In this document: positions 19,867 through 30,666 of the stretch, one piece after another
How the letters are laid out: each line of letters opens with the position of its first letter
Numbering within the stretch: the first letter of the stretch is position 1
Virus record (IMG/VR): IMGVR_UViG_3300009285_002342
Coordinates: 51,126 to 115,125 of that record
Source of the DNA: a virus
Length of the DNA: 64,000 bases
Strand: one strand, 5' to 3'
Translations under genes and position numbers: made by a program
The notes under the pieces: model-generated
The model's input: the letters and a program-made list of their open reading frames with translations, nothing else
Databases searched by the model: none
What the model was told of the DNA's origin: nothing

Positions 19867-20768
19867 TTTCTCCTCACTTCCTTCATTATTTCATTAGCCC
19901 ATTCATCCGGTATCGAACCGGAATCCAAACCTTCTCCTACCGGCCCTAACTTTACAATTTCTTTACCGAAAGCGCTTAATTCTGCTTCCATTCTGTCTCC
20001 CATTCTTTCTCCAGCAGGATCTCCGTCTCCGAATAGAAAAAACCGTTCAAAATTATTAATTAGCAATTTTAATTGTTCCGGTCGAAATTTAACTCCGAAC
20101 GTAGCTACCGCACCTTCCCCTAAACGCCACACTCCAGTTATTCCTTCGACTACCGCTACGGATTTCCATTTAGCTCTATCGAAACCATATAAAACGTGTT
20201 TATGATGTCTAACTTCCCAATCTTCCGGACAGCCAATATATTTATGTTCGTCTAAATCGGTAATGTCCCGCGCTTGCCATGATACCGTTCGGTTCCGGAA
20301 ATTTATCGGCGCTACGATTCGATTTGGATATTCGCCCCATTCTGCTGTTCCCGATAATCCGTATTCCTTTTCTAATTTTTCGGGATCGAATTTTCTTCTT
20401 TCTAAATAGCGTTTATGCTGGGTATTCATAGAAATTAGCGAAGACGGAAATTTTAAACGTTCGCGTTTCGTCCGTAGGGAGATAGGGGGAAGGTAAAGAT
20501 CGTTCGTGTATCGGGCTATTAAACCCCTTAGAATCGATATTTCTTTAGGGTCCGTTCCCGATAAGGCGGAAAATACTTCATACAATGATTTTTTTTGACA
20601 CCGATAACAGGTAGCGAAACCTTTTTCAATGTTTAACCCAAGATGAAAACCTGGGCTTCCGGTACAAAAGGGGCAAGGCACTCCTACCCATCCTTTACGG
20701 TAGTGTTTGTTTCCGGGCGGAGCAGTCGGAATTCGATAGTCAAGACAAAATTGCCGGAAGTCAATCAT
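19863..20768 (-). CDS. DNA primase (Zn finger + TOPRIM)
   Basis: CPFC..HL...CYRC, SWQAR, VVEGITG, DGDPAG. Confidence 0.85.
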   Translation of the reverse strand: MIDFRQFCLDYRIPTAPPGNKHYRKGWVGVPCPFCTGSPGFHLGLNIEKGFATCYRCQKKSLYEVFSALSGTDPKEISILRGLIARYTNDLYLPPISLRTKRERLKFPSSLISMNTQHKRYLERRKFDPEKLEKEYGLSGTAEWGEYPNRIVAPINFRNRTVSWQARDITDLDEHKYIGCPEDWEVRHHKHVLYGFDRAKWKSVAVVEGITGVWRLGEGAVATFGVKFRPEQLKLLINNFERFFLFGDGDPAGERMGDRMEAELSAFGKEIVKLGPVGEGLDSGSIPDEWANEIMKEVRRK

Positions 20769-20795
20769 CGCTTTTCCGATATAGGTTAAAAGACG

Positions 20796-20892
20796 TTCCT
20801 AGGCTTCGTAGAATCGCTTAGGTTAAACGATCTAAATTTTTCCGATAAAGGGTACGGATAAAATTTTTAAATCGATTCTAGGGGATTCTACG
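20796..20892 (+). repeat. Dispersed ~95-bp element, copy B
   Basis: 49 bp identical (inverted) to copy F. Confidence 0.9.
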
Positions 20893-21256
20893 TAGATTTC
20901 TTAAAAATCGGTTCGTACCATTCCGGTTTCTTCGTGATTAAAACCATACGATAAAACCAGTGAGTTGCTTCGTCTAAGACCCAAGGCGGGTTAATTGGTG
21001 AATTAGGAATTTTGTAAGGTAGAAGTTTCGTTCGTATTCCATCAGCTAAGACTGCTCTAAGGCCGACATTGTAATAATCTTTTAGGGAATCTACGTATCC
21101 TGCCCATCGCTTTACGTTCGGATGCCTAGACCATCCCGTAGTTCCTTCTAAGGCGCTTACGGATTGCATCGCCTCTAAGACCTGTTTCCATTTCCGCTTT
21201 GGATCTAAGACGGCATAACATTGTTCATAATCTTCGTATGGAATAAAATGTTGCAT
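20888..21256 (-). CDS. Pyrimidine-dimer DNA glycosylase-like protein
   Basis: MQ.F.PY.D.....VLD.KR..KQ.LE..Q and GW..HP.V..W.GY. Confidence 0.7.
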   Translation of the reverse strand: MQHFIPYEDYEQCYAVLDPKRKWKQVLEAMQSVSALEGTTGWSRHPNVKRWAGYVDSLKDYYNVGLRAVLADGIRTKLLPYKIPNSPINPPWVLDEATHWFYRMVLITKKPEWYEPIFKKST

Positions 21257-21257
21257 A

Positions 21258-22832
21258 TTAATTCATACTCCTTTTCCTACGCATTTCGCGGGCCATTTCC
21301 ATTGCTTCTTCATTAATTTTAATAGCAACATCTCTTTGAATCAGTAATTCGGCAGCGGTCTTCTTCCTGTTTTCTTTTAATATTTTAATTTGAGATTTAA
21401 TCGCAGAAAGATCGCCGTCAGTAAAGTCTGAATTATCGCAAGTCGTAACATAAACCAATAATTTAAATTCCTTATCGCATTTTTTACAATATTTTACTCT
21501 TATATTTAACTCCGAACCAAAACCAGATATCGCTACAACTTGATGATTCCCGCAGAAAGGACATTTTATATTTGGGCAAAAGTTAGTATCGTTGCTCATT
21601 ATTTTCTCCTTAGTAATCCAAATCCCTTTTCGGGAATAGAGTTTAAACAGGATTCGCCTTTACGATGCACATAGCGCAAACCTTTATCGGGAATTCTACG
21701 AAGAAAAAGCAACCTTCCGCATCTTGGGCATCTTACTGATTTTGGTTTCATAAGATTTTAAGATATTTGCATTTTACACATTCTTGCTCATGCTTTCGGA
21801 TCTTACACAAAGAAGGGCTCGTCCAATAACCTTTCGCAGGGCAATTAAACGCAGAAGATAAAGTATATTTATAACAAGAATCATTAGAAGGTTTTATGGT
21901 TTTACCATTACAAATTCCTGTAACTGCCGGAATATCCCCGCTTCGGTCCGCTTCGTAGTATCGCGCACACATTCCGCAAAAACCTTCGGCAGGGATATTC
22001 CGGGTAAATCGGCTACGGGTAAATCGACTCATTACAATGTTTCCTGTAATTTAAGAAGACATGATTCGCAGACATTCTTAGTAGTCGAAACCCGGACAAA
22101 ATTTGGATAGGAAATTACCGTAATACGATAGGTAGCAATCTCTTTATGGCAGACCATACACGGAAAATCTTTCGGTTCTGTAGGCGTCCAAGTTTCCCAA
22201 GTAATCGGTTCTATCTGCATGCTTCCTCCTCGAAAGATTTAAAAAGAAGACGTTTGCGCTGGTAAGTTTCGAAATCGGGAAAGATTTCAAAGAAAAGCAT
22301 AACCATTTCTGGTTTAACTTGGCGTGTTACTTCAAGAGTCATATAGAGAATTTCAAAAAAATCTTTCTTAGGTTCAGATAAGGCGCATAAAACTTCCGTT
22401 TGAACTTCTGGTTGAATAAAACGTCTGAAAAGGATTTCTCTACGTTTTGAAAGATTTTTTTCTTCATTACGCTTATGTGCGATTTTCTGTTTTTCCTGAA
22501 TTTCCCGTTTCCGTTTTTTATCTACCTTTCTCATTTTTCCCCTCCTCTCTATATTTTTCGGCTTCTTTCTTGATATATTTCTCGGTCGTATCCCCGGAAT
22601 CGGTCCATTCGACGGCCCGCCAAACTTCCGAAAGTTTATTTTTCCTTTCCGTCAATTCATTAATTTTTTCTTTAATAAATTGAACGTCGTTAAGGATTGA
22701 TTTAGTATCCAAAGCAATATCCGGATATCCTCTATGTTCTAAAGACAGCGCCATCCGTTCTAGGTCTTCTTCTGAATTTAGAAGATCTTCGCCGTCTTTA
22801 CAGTAAAGATAGTTAAAAGATCCACCGCTCAT
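21258..22832 (-). other. Run of small hypothetical early genes (21258-21599, 21599-21751, 21748-22032, 22032-22220, 22211-22534, 22518-22832)
   Basis: Tightly packed ORFs. 21599-21751 (MKPKSVRCPRCG..EKGFGLLRRK) is below the track cutoff. 22518-22832 begins MSGGSFNYL, a common phage N-terminus. Confidence 0.6.
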
Positions 22833-22874
22833 TTTTCCCCTCCTTTTTCCGCCGGTTAAAAAATCTTTACAGCG

Positions 22875-22903
22875 TTTATAATCAAGAAAATAAAGAAAGT
22901 CAA
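22875..22903 (-). promoter_or_regulatory. Sigma70 promoter TTGACT-17-TATAAA
   Basis: Near-identical to 27338-27366. Confidence 0.75.
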
Positions 22904-22920
22904 GAAAATAAATAAAAAAA

Positions 22921-23490
22921 TTATGCCTGTCTTAACTCGTAGGCTTCCCGAAGCATCCCCATATCCAGCTCTCCGACATGCTTCGCAAGTTCCTCTTCGT
23001 ATTTTTTAATCCGATTCGCTTTTTCGAAAATTTGCCTTCGAAGTGAATTATTTTCTTCAACTAGTTGCTGTATCTTTTCTTGCATTGAACAGTTTCGTTT
23101 AATTTGTTCGTCTAACTCAACAGTCGGTTTTTCTATTAACGCTCTTACCGCTTCGATAATATAAAAGCCTACTTCGGCAGCTTTCATTTTACCTATGGAA
23201 ATTACAGGTTTCGGTTTTTCTTCTATCGTAACTGCTGGTTCTTCGGTAACTCGTTCAAGGATTTTTTCGATATTTCGACGATAATAACCGCGTTCGCCCT
23301 TTGCGATAAATCCGTTATTTTGAAGTTTGCGAATTGCGCTATGAAGCGAAGAATCGGAAACCGCTTTCTTTGTTTCAGCCATTAATCCACGTTTAATATC
23401 GTTCGGCGAAAATTCTTCAATACTCATCGGCATTACCGCTAATTTATTTAAAATTGCAGTTTCCATTTCCCCGTTTTTCCATTGTTTCAT
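22921..23490 (-). CDS. wHTH + coiled-coil protein
   Basis: SSLHSAIRKLQNNGFIAKGERGYY wHTH-like segment; C-terminal heptads. Confidence 0.5.
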   Translation of the reverse strand: MKQWKNGEMETAILNKLAVMPMSIEEFSPNDIKRGLMAETKKAVSDSSLHSAIRKLQNNGFIAKGERGYYRRNIEKILERVTEEPAVTIEEKPKPVISIGKMKAAEVGFYIIEAVRALIEKPTVELDEQIKRNCSMQEKIQQLVEENNSLRRQIFEKANRIKKYEEELAKHVGELDMGMLREAYELRQA

Positions 23491-23502
23491 TTTCTTTCCT
23501 TT

Positions 23503-24870
23503 CTAAGATAAAGTTTTATAAACCCGTTGGCGAGAATAGTAAGATCCGTAAAGGCATCTTACATTATAATCCAGGTAATCGTAAATCTTCGCATTTCCTT
23601 TACCTTCTTTCGGACGTAAAACGCGGCCCAGATATTGTGTTATCCTACCGGAAAATCTAATCGGCATTGTTAAAAACAAAGCGGAAAGATTTTTACAATC
23701 AAAACCTTCTCCGATTAGTTGCCCGGTAGCTACTAAGACTTGGATTTTTCCGGCGTTTACCCGTTTTACAATATCCTCTCTTAAAACCTTTTTTGTATCG
23801 CCGGTTAGCATTTCCGTTTTGTTTAATCCGGAATCTTTGAATAGTTCTAAAAGCGTATCGCAATGTGTCTTCCTATCCGATAGAACTAAACAGGTTTCTC
23901 CGTTTCGTACTTCTTTTATTACATCCGAAACGATCATTTGATTCCGGTCCCTATCGCCGGCAATTTCCGTAAGAAGTTTAGAATATTCTTCCGATGGATT
24001 TCCTAATCTTGTACGGAAATTCGTCGAACGAACAATAGGTTCAATCCCGACGATATGACCTTCTTCAATTAATTCGCTCGAATTGACTTTATGTCGTATC
24101 GGACCACAAAACCATCCGATCACCTTATCTAATTTATCGTTACGGTAAGGAGTAGCACTTAGCCCGGTAATGTATTTCCCTTTAAAGTATTGTACAACGT
24201 CGGAAAAAAGACTAGCTGCCACTCTATGTGCTTCATCCACAATCAGATATCCGTAATCGTGGATAATGTCCGGATGTTTTCGCAAAGTTTGAATCAAAGC
24301 TACTGTAATTTTTGGTTTGGGATTTACCTTACCGTCACCGATAGTCCCGATTTCTTTTTTATCAATATCAAGAAATGAACTTATCCGATCTATCCATTGA
24401 TTTAGCAGTTCTTTTGTATGAACGATTATTATTGTTGGTTGTTTTCTTTCGGCGATCATCTTAATTCCCATTACGGTTTTTCCCGAGCCGGTTGCAGCGC
24501 AAAGAGTTCCTTCCTCGTACCGTAACATTTCGAAAATCGCTTCTTCTTGATATGGACGAAGATCGCCGGTGAATTTAAAGTTGATCGGTTTTTTCTCGTC
24601 GGTCTTTCTGACTATCTTAGTTTCTATCTTTTCCCGCATACAAATTTCTAACAACTCACTTAAAAATCCTCTAGGAGCAAATAAAGTTCCGCTCCATGCA
24701 TGCCCTTCATAGAATTCTAAATATTCAGGAGTCTTATACTGCGAACGGTTCATCCGTTCATTTTCTACGAATTGCGGATTCTGAAGCGTTAATGGTTTAA
24801 CGATTAATTCCGTTAATTTTTCTGAGATATACGGAATTTCGATTTTATCTTTAACGATGATAGTATTCAT
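23503..24870 (-). CDS. SF2 DEAH helicase
   Basis: LRPYQ, ATGSGKT, IVDEAH, GLSATP, EGFD, QYLGRVLR. Confidence 0.9.
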   Translation of the reverse strand: MNTIIVKDKIEIPYISEKLTELIVKPLTLQNPQFVENERMNRSQYKTPEYLEFYEGHAWSGTLFAPRGFLSELLEICMREKIETKIVRKTDEKKPINFKFTGDLRPYQEEAIFEMLRYEEGTLCAATGSGKTVMGIKMIAERKQPTIIIVHTKELLNQWIDRISSFLDIDKKEIGTIGDGKVNPKPKITVALIQTLRKHPDIIHDYGYLIVDEAHRVAASLFSDVVQYFKGKYITGLSATPYRNDKLDKVIGWFCGPIRHKVNSSELIEEGHIVGIEPIVRSTNFRTRLGNPSEEYSKLLTEIAGDRDRNQMIVSDVIKEVRNGETCLVLSDRKTHCDTLLELFKDSGLNKTEMLTGDTKKVLREDIVKRVNAGKIQVLVATGQLIGEGFDCKNLSALFLTMPIRFSGRITQYLGRVLRPKEGKGNAKIYDYLDYNVRCLYGSYYSRQRVYKTLS

Positions 24871-24875
24871 GAATT

Positions 24876-25617
24876 TTACCTTATCAGATTAATTTCGTTA
24901 TCTTCGGATTGTTCAATATTCAAGATATTTAAAATTTCATCCAAGTCCAATATTTTTCTATCCGTTAGAACGTCAATTAAATTACCAAGAACTTTACAAA
25001 GGTTTTGTTTATCCTCTCCTATAGAATTTTCTACAAAAGTATTTAAACGAGGATAATCGTTCATTAAACCTTCTTTATAGTTGTATTTTTTAATTTCTAA
25101 TGTTGCCATAATAAACTCCATGATATGCGGTTAACCGCCACCGCAAGGCCAAAAAGGTTTTACATTTCGCAATGATCGGCCAAGGTAGCGACAAGATGAT
25201 CGTAGTCTTTGGATCGGGCTTCGTTAACGACATCATCAACTTCTTTCAAGGTCCATTTTTCTCTCATCGCTTGGCTTACGAAAGCCCCGATTAACGCGAA
25301 GGCATTTCCGTCGAGCCCAACAAGGTTCAATTTTACCTTTTTCTTTTCTTGATTAATTGAATTCATTTTTCCTCCAAAGAAAATTGATTAAGTTTGTCGC
25401 AGACTTTCTTTGCAGATTCATAGGATTCAAACCTTCTGATTCTACCATTTCTAGACCTTAGAATTAATCCGGAACCACTTCCTGATAAATTTTTGAAAAT
25501 AAACCAGTGTCTTTTTTTGCTTCCGTTGCTAACTGGTTCCCATTTCATTTTTCTTCCTTTTCTACGCAGCCATTTTGATTGCGGTATCCAGCGCCCGTTT
25601 GTTGAGCGAATATCCAT
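24876..25617 (-). other. Three small hypothetical ORFs (24876-25121, 25160-25366, 25363-~25548)
   Basis: 25160-25366 has LVGLDGNAFAL..A.S.DYDHL, a recurrent phage family. Confidence 0.5.
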
Positions 25618-26545
25618 CCGCGAACCATGCGCTGTTCAGCCGGTTATCCGCGTTTTGTCCGCGATGGTACATCAGGAATTCATTGAAGGCATTATATGCT
25701 CCCCACCACGTTCTTGCCTTCGGAAGATCGGAACCGATCCCGTTTTCGAAAAGTTCGATGATTTTGTTTTCGGTAGGTTTCGGCTTTTCTTCTTCCTTCT
25801 TCCCGCCATTCGGCCCACCTTCCGGTCCTTCCAACTTCGGATCGAAAACGATTCGGATATAACGCATAAGATCAGTTTCGTTTACATCACGGGAAGCTAA
25901 GAATCGATATTGTTCTATCGTCGCTTCGAAAGACACCTTAGACAGATTGAGCATATCCCGAAGTGCCACGATGTTTTCGTGAAGTCTCGGTGTATGGATA
26001 ATTCGGATAAGGCGGGAATTTCCGTCTTTTTCCGCTGCCGAAAGGGTATTGTTACATACTACCCGGATAGGCGTAAAACCAAACCGAACAGCCATCGTTC
26101 CGTCATGCGCATTACTCAAAAGAACGTAAGGCCGGATTTCATCGCCTTTCCCGATTTCCGCACTATCGGAATTTATACGGGCTAAGATCCATACCCTACG
26201 CCCGTTTTTCAACGATCCTGCGGTTTCTAGAAGAAGCGATTTGTCTTTGACTAAAGGGGCGAAGATTCCGAAGGCTTCTGCATTTTGAAGCGGCGTCCAA
26301 TTCGCGCCTACGGTCCCTAGAATTTCTTCGGTATCTACGCGCATAATCGCCCTTGGTTCGACTTCTTCGAAAACGTCATTAGGTTTTACCGCATATAGCG
26401 GAAGCGGGATAACTGTCCAGTCCAGATTCGCCTTCGTTAATGCTTCTTCTACGGAAGGGGGATTGTCTAAAACTATCCCTAATCCGTGCCAAGGGGTAGC
26501 GCCTACCGAAAACATATTATCGCGTTCCATAATCATATGTGCCAT
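25562..26545 (-). CDS. DUF932-family phage/plasmid protein
   Basis: PWHGLG, LQN.EAF, ETAGSL..GRRVW, SNAHDG, TPIRVVCNNT, TWWGAYNA. Confidence 0.85.
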   Translation of the reverse strand: MAHMIMERDNMFSVGATPWHGLGIVLDNPPSVEEALTKANLDWTVIPLPLYAVKPNDVFEEVEPRAIMRVDTEEILGTVGANWTPLQNAEAFGIFAPLVKDKSLLLETAGSLKNGRRVWILARINSDSAEIGKGDEIRPYVLLSNAHDGTMAVRFGFTPIRVVCNNTLSAAEKDGNSRLIRIIHTPRLHENIVALRDMLNLSKVSFEATIEQYRFLASRDVNETDLMRYIRIVFDPKLEGPEGGPNGGKKEEEKPKPTENKIIELFENGIGSDLPKARTWWGAYNAFNEFLMYHRGQNADNRLNSAWFADGYSLNKRALDTAIKMAA

Positions 26546-26547
26546 TG

Positions 26548-26775
26548 TTAGTTTCCCTCCTTAATCCTTAGTTTGATTTCGATATGTCCCGGAATATTTC
26601 GTAGGTCGTATCCAATTCCTGCAACTTCTAAAAGAAGAGAAATAAATCCAGCAGGAAGATTGTTGGAAATAAAATGTTCATCATATTCCGGATAACCATA
26701 CATTTCGGCAATTATTGACGCTATCGCGACTTTTCTTGCCCAGAATTTTTCGCCGGTTAGTTCTTCTTTGTTCAT
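26548..26775 (-). CDS. Hypothetical protein
   Basis: Coupled to the sigma gene. Confidence 0.45.
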   Translation of the reverse strand: MNKEELTGEKFWARKVAIASIIAEMYGYPEYDEHFISNNLPAGFISLLLEVAGIGYDLRNIPGHIEIKLRIKEGN

Positions 26776-27284
26776 AACTCCTCCTTTATTGCTTCTCGGA
26801 TTTCTTTAAACGATTCCCAACATCGGTTAATATTCCACCCCTCCTTTTTAACCAGATATTTTTGTAGAACATGTTTAGACATCTTCGTACTTCCGTTCCG
26901 CCTCATTTCCCAGATTAACTGCGTAGGCGGATTTATAACATAATTAACCATTTCTTTTGATCTACCGGAAAGCCCATCGACCATCCCTTTTAACGCCGCA
27001 GCCTTTAAGGGGCAACCATCCGGATGCGCTATGGTTTCGATATCGGTATCGCAGAAAACAGCGGAAGGAAAAGATTGAATGAATTTACGGAAATGAAGAT
27101 TAAGGGAATGATAAAAGAAGGTAGAAAATTTTGATTTTGAAGGATCGTATTTTTCTTTAGTTTTAAGAAAACATAAATATCCTTCTGAAATTAATTCGTC
27201 GTAATAATTGTTACCAGAAGACCACGCTCTAGCTCTTGAGCAGACTAAGCTATGGAAATCTTCGTATTTGATTTCTTCCCCCAT
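26772..27284 (-). CDS. Phage sigma70-family factor
   Basis: Region-2-like YDELISEGYLCFLKTKEKYDPSKSKFSTF. Confidence 0.7.
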   Translation of the reverse strand: MGEEIKYEDFHSLVCSRARAWSSGNNYYDELISEGYLCFLKTKEKYDPSKSKFSTFFYHSLNLHFRKFIQSFPSAVFCDTDIETIAHPDGCPLKAAALKGMVDGLSGRSKEMVNYVINPPTQLIWEMRRNGSTKMSKHVLQKYLVKKEGWNINRCWESFKEIREAIKEEL

Positions 27285-27337
27285 TCTTCTCCTTTCATAG
27301 AAAAGCGTAAAGGGTTTAAAAATACAGCGTTTTCCTA

Positions 27338-27421
27338 CCTATAACCAAGAAAATAAAGAAAGTCAAGAAAATAATTTATTTATTTGAAAATCTTTATATT
27401 CCTGTTTTTAAAGGAAGTCAA
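27338..27421 (-). promoter_or_regulatory. Two tandem sigma70 promoters (27338-27366 and 27393-27421)
   Basis: TTGACT-17-TATAGG and TTGACT-17-TATAAA. Confidence 0.7.
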
Positions 27422-27492
27422 GAAAATTTTTAAAATATTTTAATTAATAAAAACAGATAGTTATAAAAATACTTCGGTAGAATAACCTAAGC

Positions 27493-27583
27493 CCCTTCCT
27501 AGGCGTTTTCCCTAAAAACCATATAGGGATACGCCTTACGGGTAGATCGTTTAACGTAGGGGATTCTACGAAGACGTAGAAGG
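27493..27583 (-). repeat. Dispersed ~95-bp element, copy C (inverted)
   Basis: Reverse complement contains CTTCGTAGAATCCCCTACGTTAAACGATCTA. Confidence 0.85.
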
Positions 27584-27741
27584 GGAATAAAGTGAGACAG
27601 GATAGTAACGGGAACAGCGGGGATTATCCTTCGGATTATAAACACAAATCCGGCAATCCCCGCATCCTTCTATAACGGTAAATACAGAAGGACGAAAAAG
27701 TTGAAAAAGACATCTTACCATAACAAGCCGAATGCAAGTTA

Positions 27742-28134
27742 TCAGATATTTTTATTACCGCAAAGATCGTTTAGTTTTTTTAATAGATATTCTTTAACTT
27801 CTTCGCTAGGTGGATCTTTTCTAACATATCCATCTTGCGTTTCGTTAAGAATAAAATGTTGAAGTTTACATTCTTTACTTAAATAACAATAAGCAAGAAT
27901 ATATCCAGGCGGAATAACCAACAACATTGCAAATTTAATATCTTCGTTTTGATTCGGGTTTTTAACCGAAACAGATAAAACCGTCCCGTCTGTTTCGGTA
28001 TTAACCATTTCCCATTCAGAAATTACCCTTGGATCTATTTCTGATTCAAAGGTATAAGAATAAGAAGAACCCGTTAGAAACCCAACAAAAAGAATAAGGA
28101 ATAATACGATTTTCTTCATCTTTTTTCTCCTCAC
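27742..28134 (-). CDS. Secreted hypothetical protein
   Basis: Signal peptide MKKIVLFLILFVGFLTGSSYS. Confidence 0.55.
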   Translation of the reverse strand: MRRKKMKKIVLFLILFVGFLTGSSYSYTFESEIDPRVISEWEMVNTETDGTVLSVSVKNPNQNEDIKFAMLLVIPPGYILAYCYLSKECKLQHFILNETQDGYVRKDPPSEEVKEYLLKKLNDLCGNKNI

Positions 28135-28135
28135 T

Positions 28136-28810
28136 TTAAAATGGAGGTTCTAATTCCTCCGTTTTAGGTTTTATGGCGCATTCGGCTTGCGCTAATTTAA
28201 GTTTATTTCTTCCTAATGCAGAAACGCCTAAGATCGCACAAGGAACGCTAAAGAGCGCGACTAGAGCGCCGATAATGACAGGAAGTTGAGTTATAAAGGC
28301 TATATCTTTATCGCCTATAGCTTTCATAATAGCGTCACATAAACGCCAAGCCGTAAATCCAAAAGAAGTCCCGGTAATAAACCCGATGTATGGCCGCCAA
28401 GACCACTGCATCCAATGTTCGGACTTTGTTTCTTCCCGCATTGTAGCGTTTACTTCGGAAATCTGTTTGATTGCTTCTTCCGTTGCTAACCTTTCTTTAT
28501 CGACTAACAACCTTTCTTTTTCTATATCCAATTTTGAATGCTCTAATACAAGTTCCTCAATACGGATCTTATATTGAGCGTCTATTTCCTTAGCCTTTAA
28601 AAGTTTTTCGGGGTCTTGAAAGGCGGAAAAGATTTCTTCCGGTAAAGGTTCTGCTTTATCTAAACCTAAAGCCCCGGAAACTATAGAAACCAATCCCTTT
28701 CCCGCCATTCCTCCGGCCGGCCCTAGAAAAAAACTTCCTAAAGTCGGTAATCCTAATTCGAAAGCTTTTTGCCCTAATGATTTCCAGTCCATTAGTCCTC
28801 CTTCTCCCAT
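28136..28810 (-). CDS. Holin (3TM type)
   Basis: WMQWSWRPYIG motif plus TM helices, next to the endolysin. Confidence 0.7.
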   Translation of the reverse strand: MGEGGLMDWKSLGQKAFELGLPTLGSFFLGPAGGMAGKGLVSIVSGALGLDKAEPLPEEIFSAFQDPEKLLKAKEIDAQYKIRIEELVLEHSKLDIEKERLLVDKERLATEEAIKQISEVNATMREETKSEHWMQWSWRPYIGFITGTSFGFTAWRLCDAIMKAIGDKDIAFITQLPVIIGALVALFSVPCAILGVSALGRNKLKLAQAECAIKPKTEELEPPF

Positions 28811-29004
28811 CCATGTTCTCCGATTAAAACTAAATCGGAAAATGTCGTAGAAAAATCTTCCGCATCTTTTTTCCTAGCGAAACGTAATGCTTTATATGGA
28901 TCGTTAGCCCATATTATTTCTGCATTTTCTACCGAAACAAATAAAAGTGTAGTCGGATCTTCGTCACTATATCTTTCTACAACCCATCCGAATTCAGTTT
29001 TCAT
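28792..29004 (-). CDS. Hypothetical protein
   Basis: Lies between endolysin and holin. Confidence 0.45.
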   Translation of the reverse strand: MKTEFGWVVERYSDEDPTTLLFVSVENAEIIWANDPYKALRFARKKDAEDFSTTFSDLVLIGEHGWEKED

Positions 29005-29461
29005 CTTTCTCCTTTTTTGTTTTCTTCGGAATTTCTACATCTTTGTCAAGATTATAGAATTTAATCTTTCCGATTTGTTTTACGAAAGTTTCTTCAGTAG
29101 CCCACTTCGGCGCTTTGCCAATTTTATCTAAAGAAATGTCATAATACGAATCAGCGCCGACTACCGGATTTTTTAACGCTCTGTCGAAAGCGCGGCAAGC
29201 TATCGCTAAACACTTCGTCCAAGACTCATCACTGCTTTGCGGCCAAGTTATGAGTTGCGGATCTTTCGGATCGGTAAGGGAAGAAAATTGCCATTTTTTA
29301 AAGACAACGGACATTATATCCTTCCCCCACCATGTCGGGCTATCTACCCGGTTAAGTACGCAATACGCTACAGCCGTTTTTGCTTCATCCGGTTCGCCCC
29401 TAGCCTCTCGCCAAATCGTTAAAGCTAAAAAGGTTTTATCTGCGTGTTCTTGCTGATTCAT
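28994..29461 (-). CDS. Endolysin, SleB/Hydrolase_2 family
   Basis: LALTIWREARGE, VLNRV, KWQFS, GA..YY, P.WA, IG...FY. Confidence 0.85.
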   Translation of the reverse strand: MNQQEHADKTFLALTIWREARGEPDEAKTAVAYCVLNRVDSPTWWGKDIMSVVFKKWQFSSLTDPKDPQLITWPQSSDESWTKCLAIACRAFDRALKNPVVGADSYYDISLDKIGKAPKWATEETFVKQIGKIKFYNLDKDVEIPKKTKKEKDEN

Positions 29462-29462
29462 T

Positions 29463-30130
29463 TTAAATCTCCTCTAAGATTGGTATTTGTAAAAATTTGC
29501 TTGCCGTTTTCATTAAAGAAACTCTATCGCTATCTTTCGTCAGTTTTTCGAATCCTTCTCTACACGCGCAACACAATCCATCCGCTTTCGTTCGATTCCA
29601 AGAATTCAAGGAATGCCCACATTTTTTACATTTATTACGAACCTTGTTTTCTCTGAATTGGCCAATATGAATTATCTGTTGACTTTTTATTTTCTGTTTT
29701 AACTCCAATTTTCTCATAATACAACTCCATGCAGTCGCACTGATGAGGTTCTTCAAGATTATAATAAATACATTTTTCTCCAGGTTTCGTATTTCTAGCG
29801 GTAAAACATCGGCAAGCAGACTGCTTAACGAAGTTTGTTTCATTGCATGTATTTATAACTCCGAATTCGCAAAGGGATTCTTTCATTGATTCCCTTCCTA
29901 TATAATTAAATTCTACCGCGTATCTTCCGGAAAAAATGCCATGGAGAACAATTAAAAATATTACAAGCTTTTTTATTTTCGCAAAGACCCGTTCCTTCTT
30001 TAAAATCTGGGCAAGGTCTTATCGGATCACCGAAAGCAAAAGTTCGCCATTCTTTTTCTTCAAAATTATCCCTGTCTTTTTTATAAATTTCTGCATTTCC
30101 TTCTTTGACTAAGGTAGGCCCAGCGCTCAT
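29463..30130 (-). other. Small Cys-rich ORFs (29463-~29716, 29635-29886, 29906-30130)
   Basis: CxxC motifs; starts uncertain. Confidence 0.4.
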
Positions 30131-30155
30131 TTTTTCTTCCTTAATAAAAGAATAT

Positions 30156-30665
30156 TTATTCTTGTTTACCGTCCTTTACCTGTTGGATAAAGGCATTTAT
30201 GCACTCTCTAACTGTCTTCTCAGTTCTATCCCCGTTATGGTCTTTCATATACCTTTGAACGTCCCCCATAAACCCGGAGATTTCCCTTAAAATGATCTGT
30301 TTCTGATCATGTTTTTCGTATAGGTCTGCGACAAGTTTTTCTATTCTTGCCATAGTTTTCTCATTAGATTCCATCTTTTTGTCTATTTCATTAAGCACCT
30401 TATTAGCACATATACCTTGCTTATCTCCGCAGACTGTTAATGAAACAAGAGTTGGAATTACTTTTTCAATAGCCTTGATTTCTATTTTGGCTGTAGATAT
30501 TTGTTTTTGAAGTATTTCATCTGATTCTTTCGAAGATTTCTTATGAGCTTCTAAATCCTCCCTATTTCGTTTTGTTGTTATCTGAGTACCGACGAAAGCC
30601 CCGGTGATTGAAACAAGCGCTGTTGCCGTAAGAAAAATAACCTGGGGGGACATCCAAGCGTCCAT
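30156..30665 (-). CDS. Membrane-anchored coiled-coil protein (lysis region)
   Basis: N-terminal TM helix followed by heptads. Confidence 0.5.
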   Translation of the reverse strand: MDAWMSPQVIFLTATALVSITGAFVGTQITTKRNREDLEAHKKSSKESDEILQKQISTAKIEIKAIEKVIPTLVSLTVCGDKQGICANKVLNEIDKKMESNEKTMARIEKLVADLYEKHDQKQIILREISGFMGDVQRYMKDHNGDRTEKTVRECINAFIQQVKDGKQE

Positions 30666-30666
30666 T

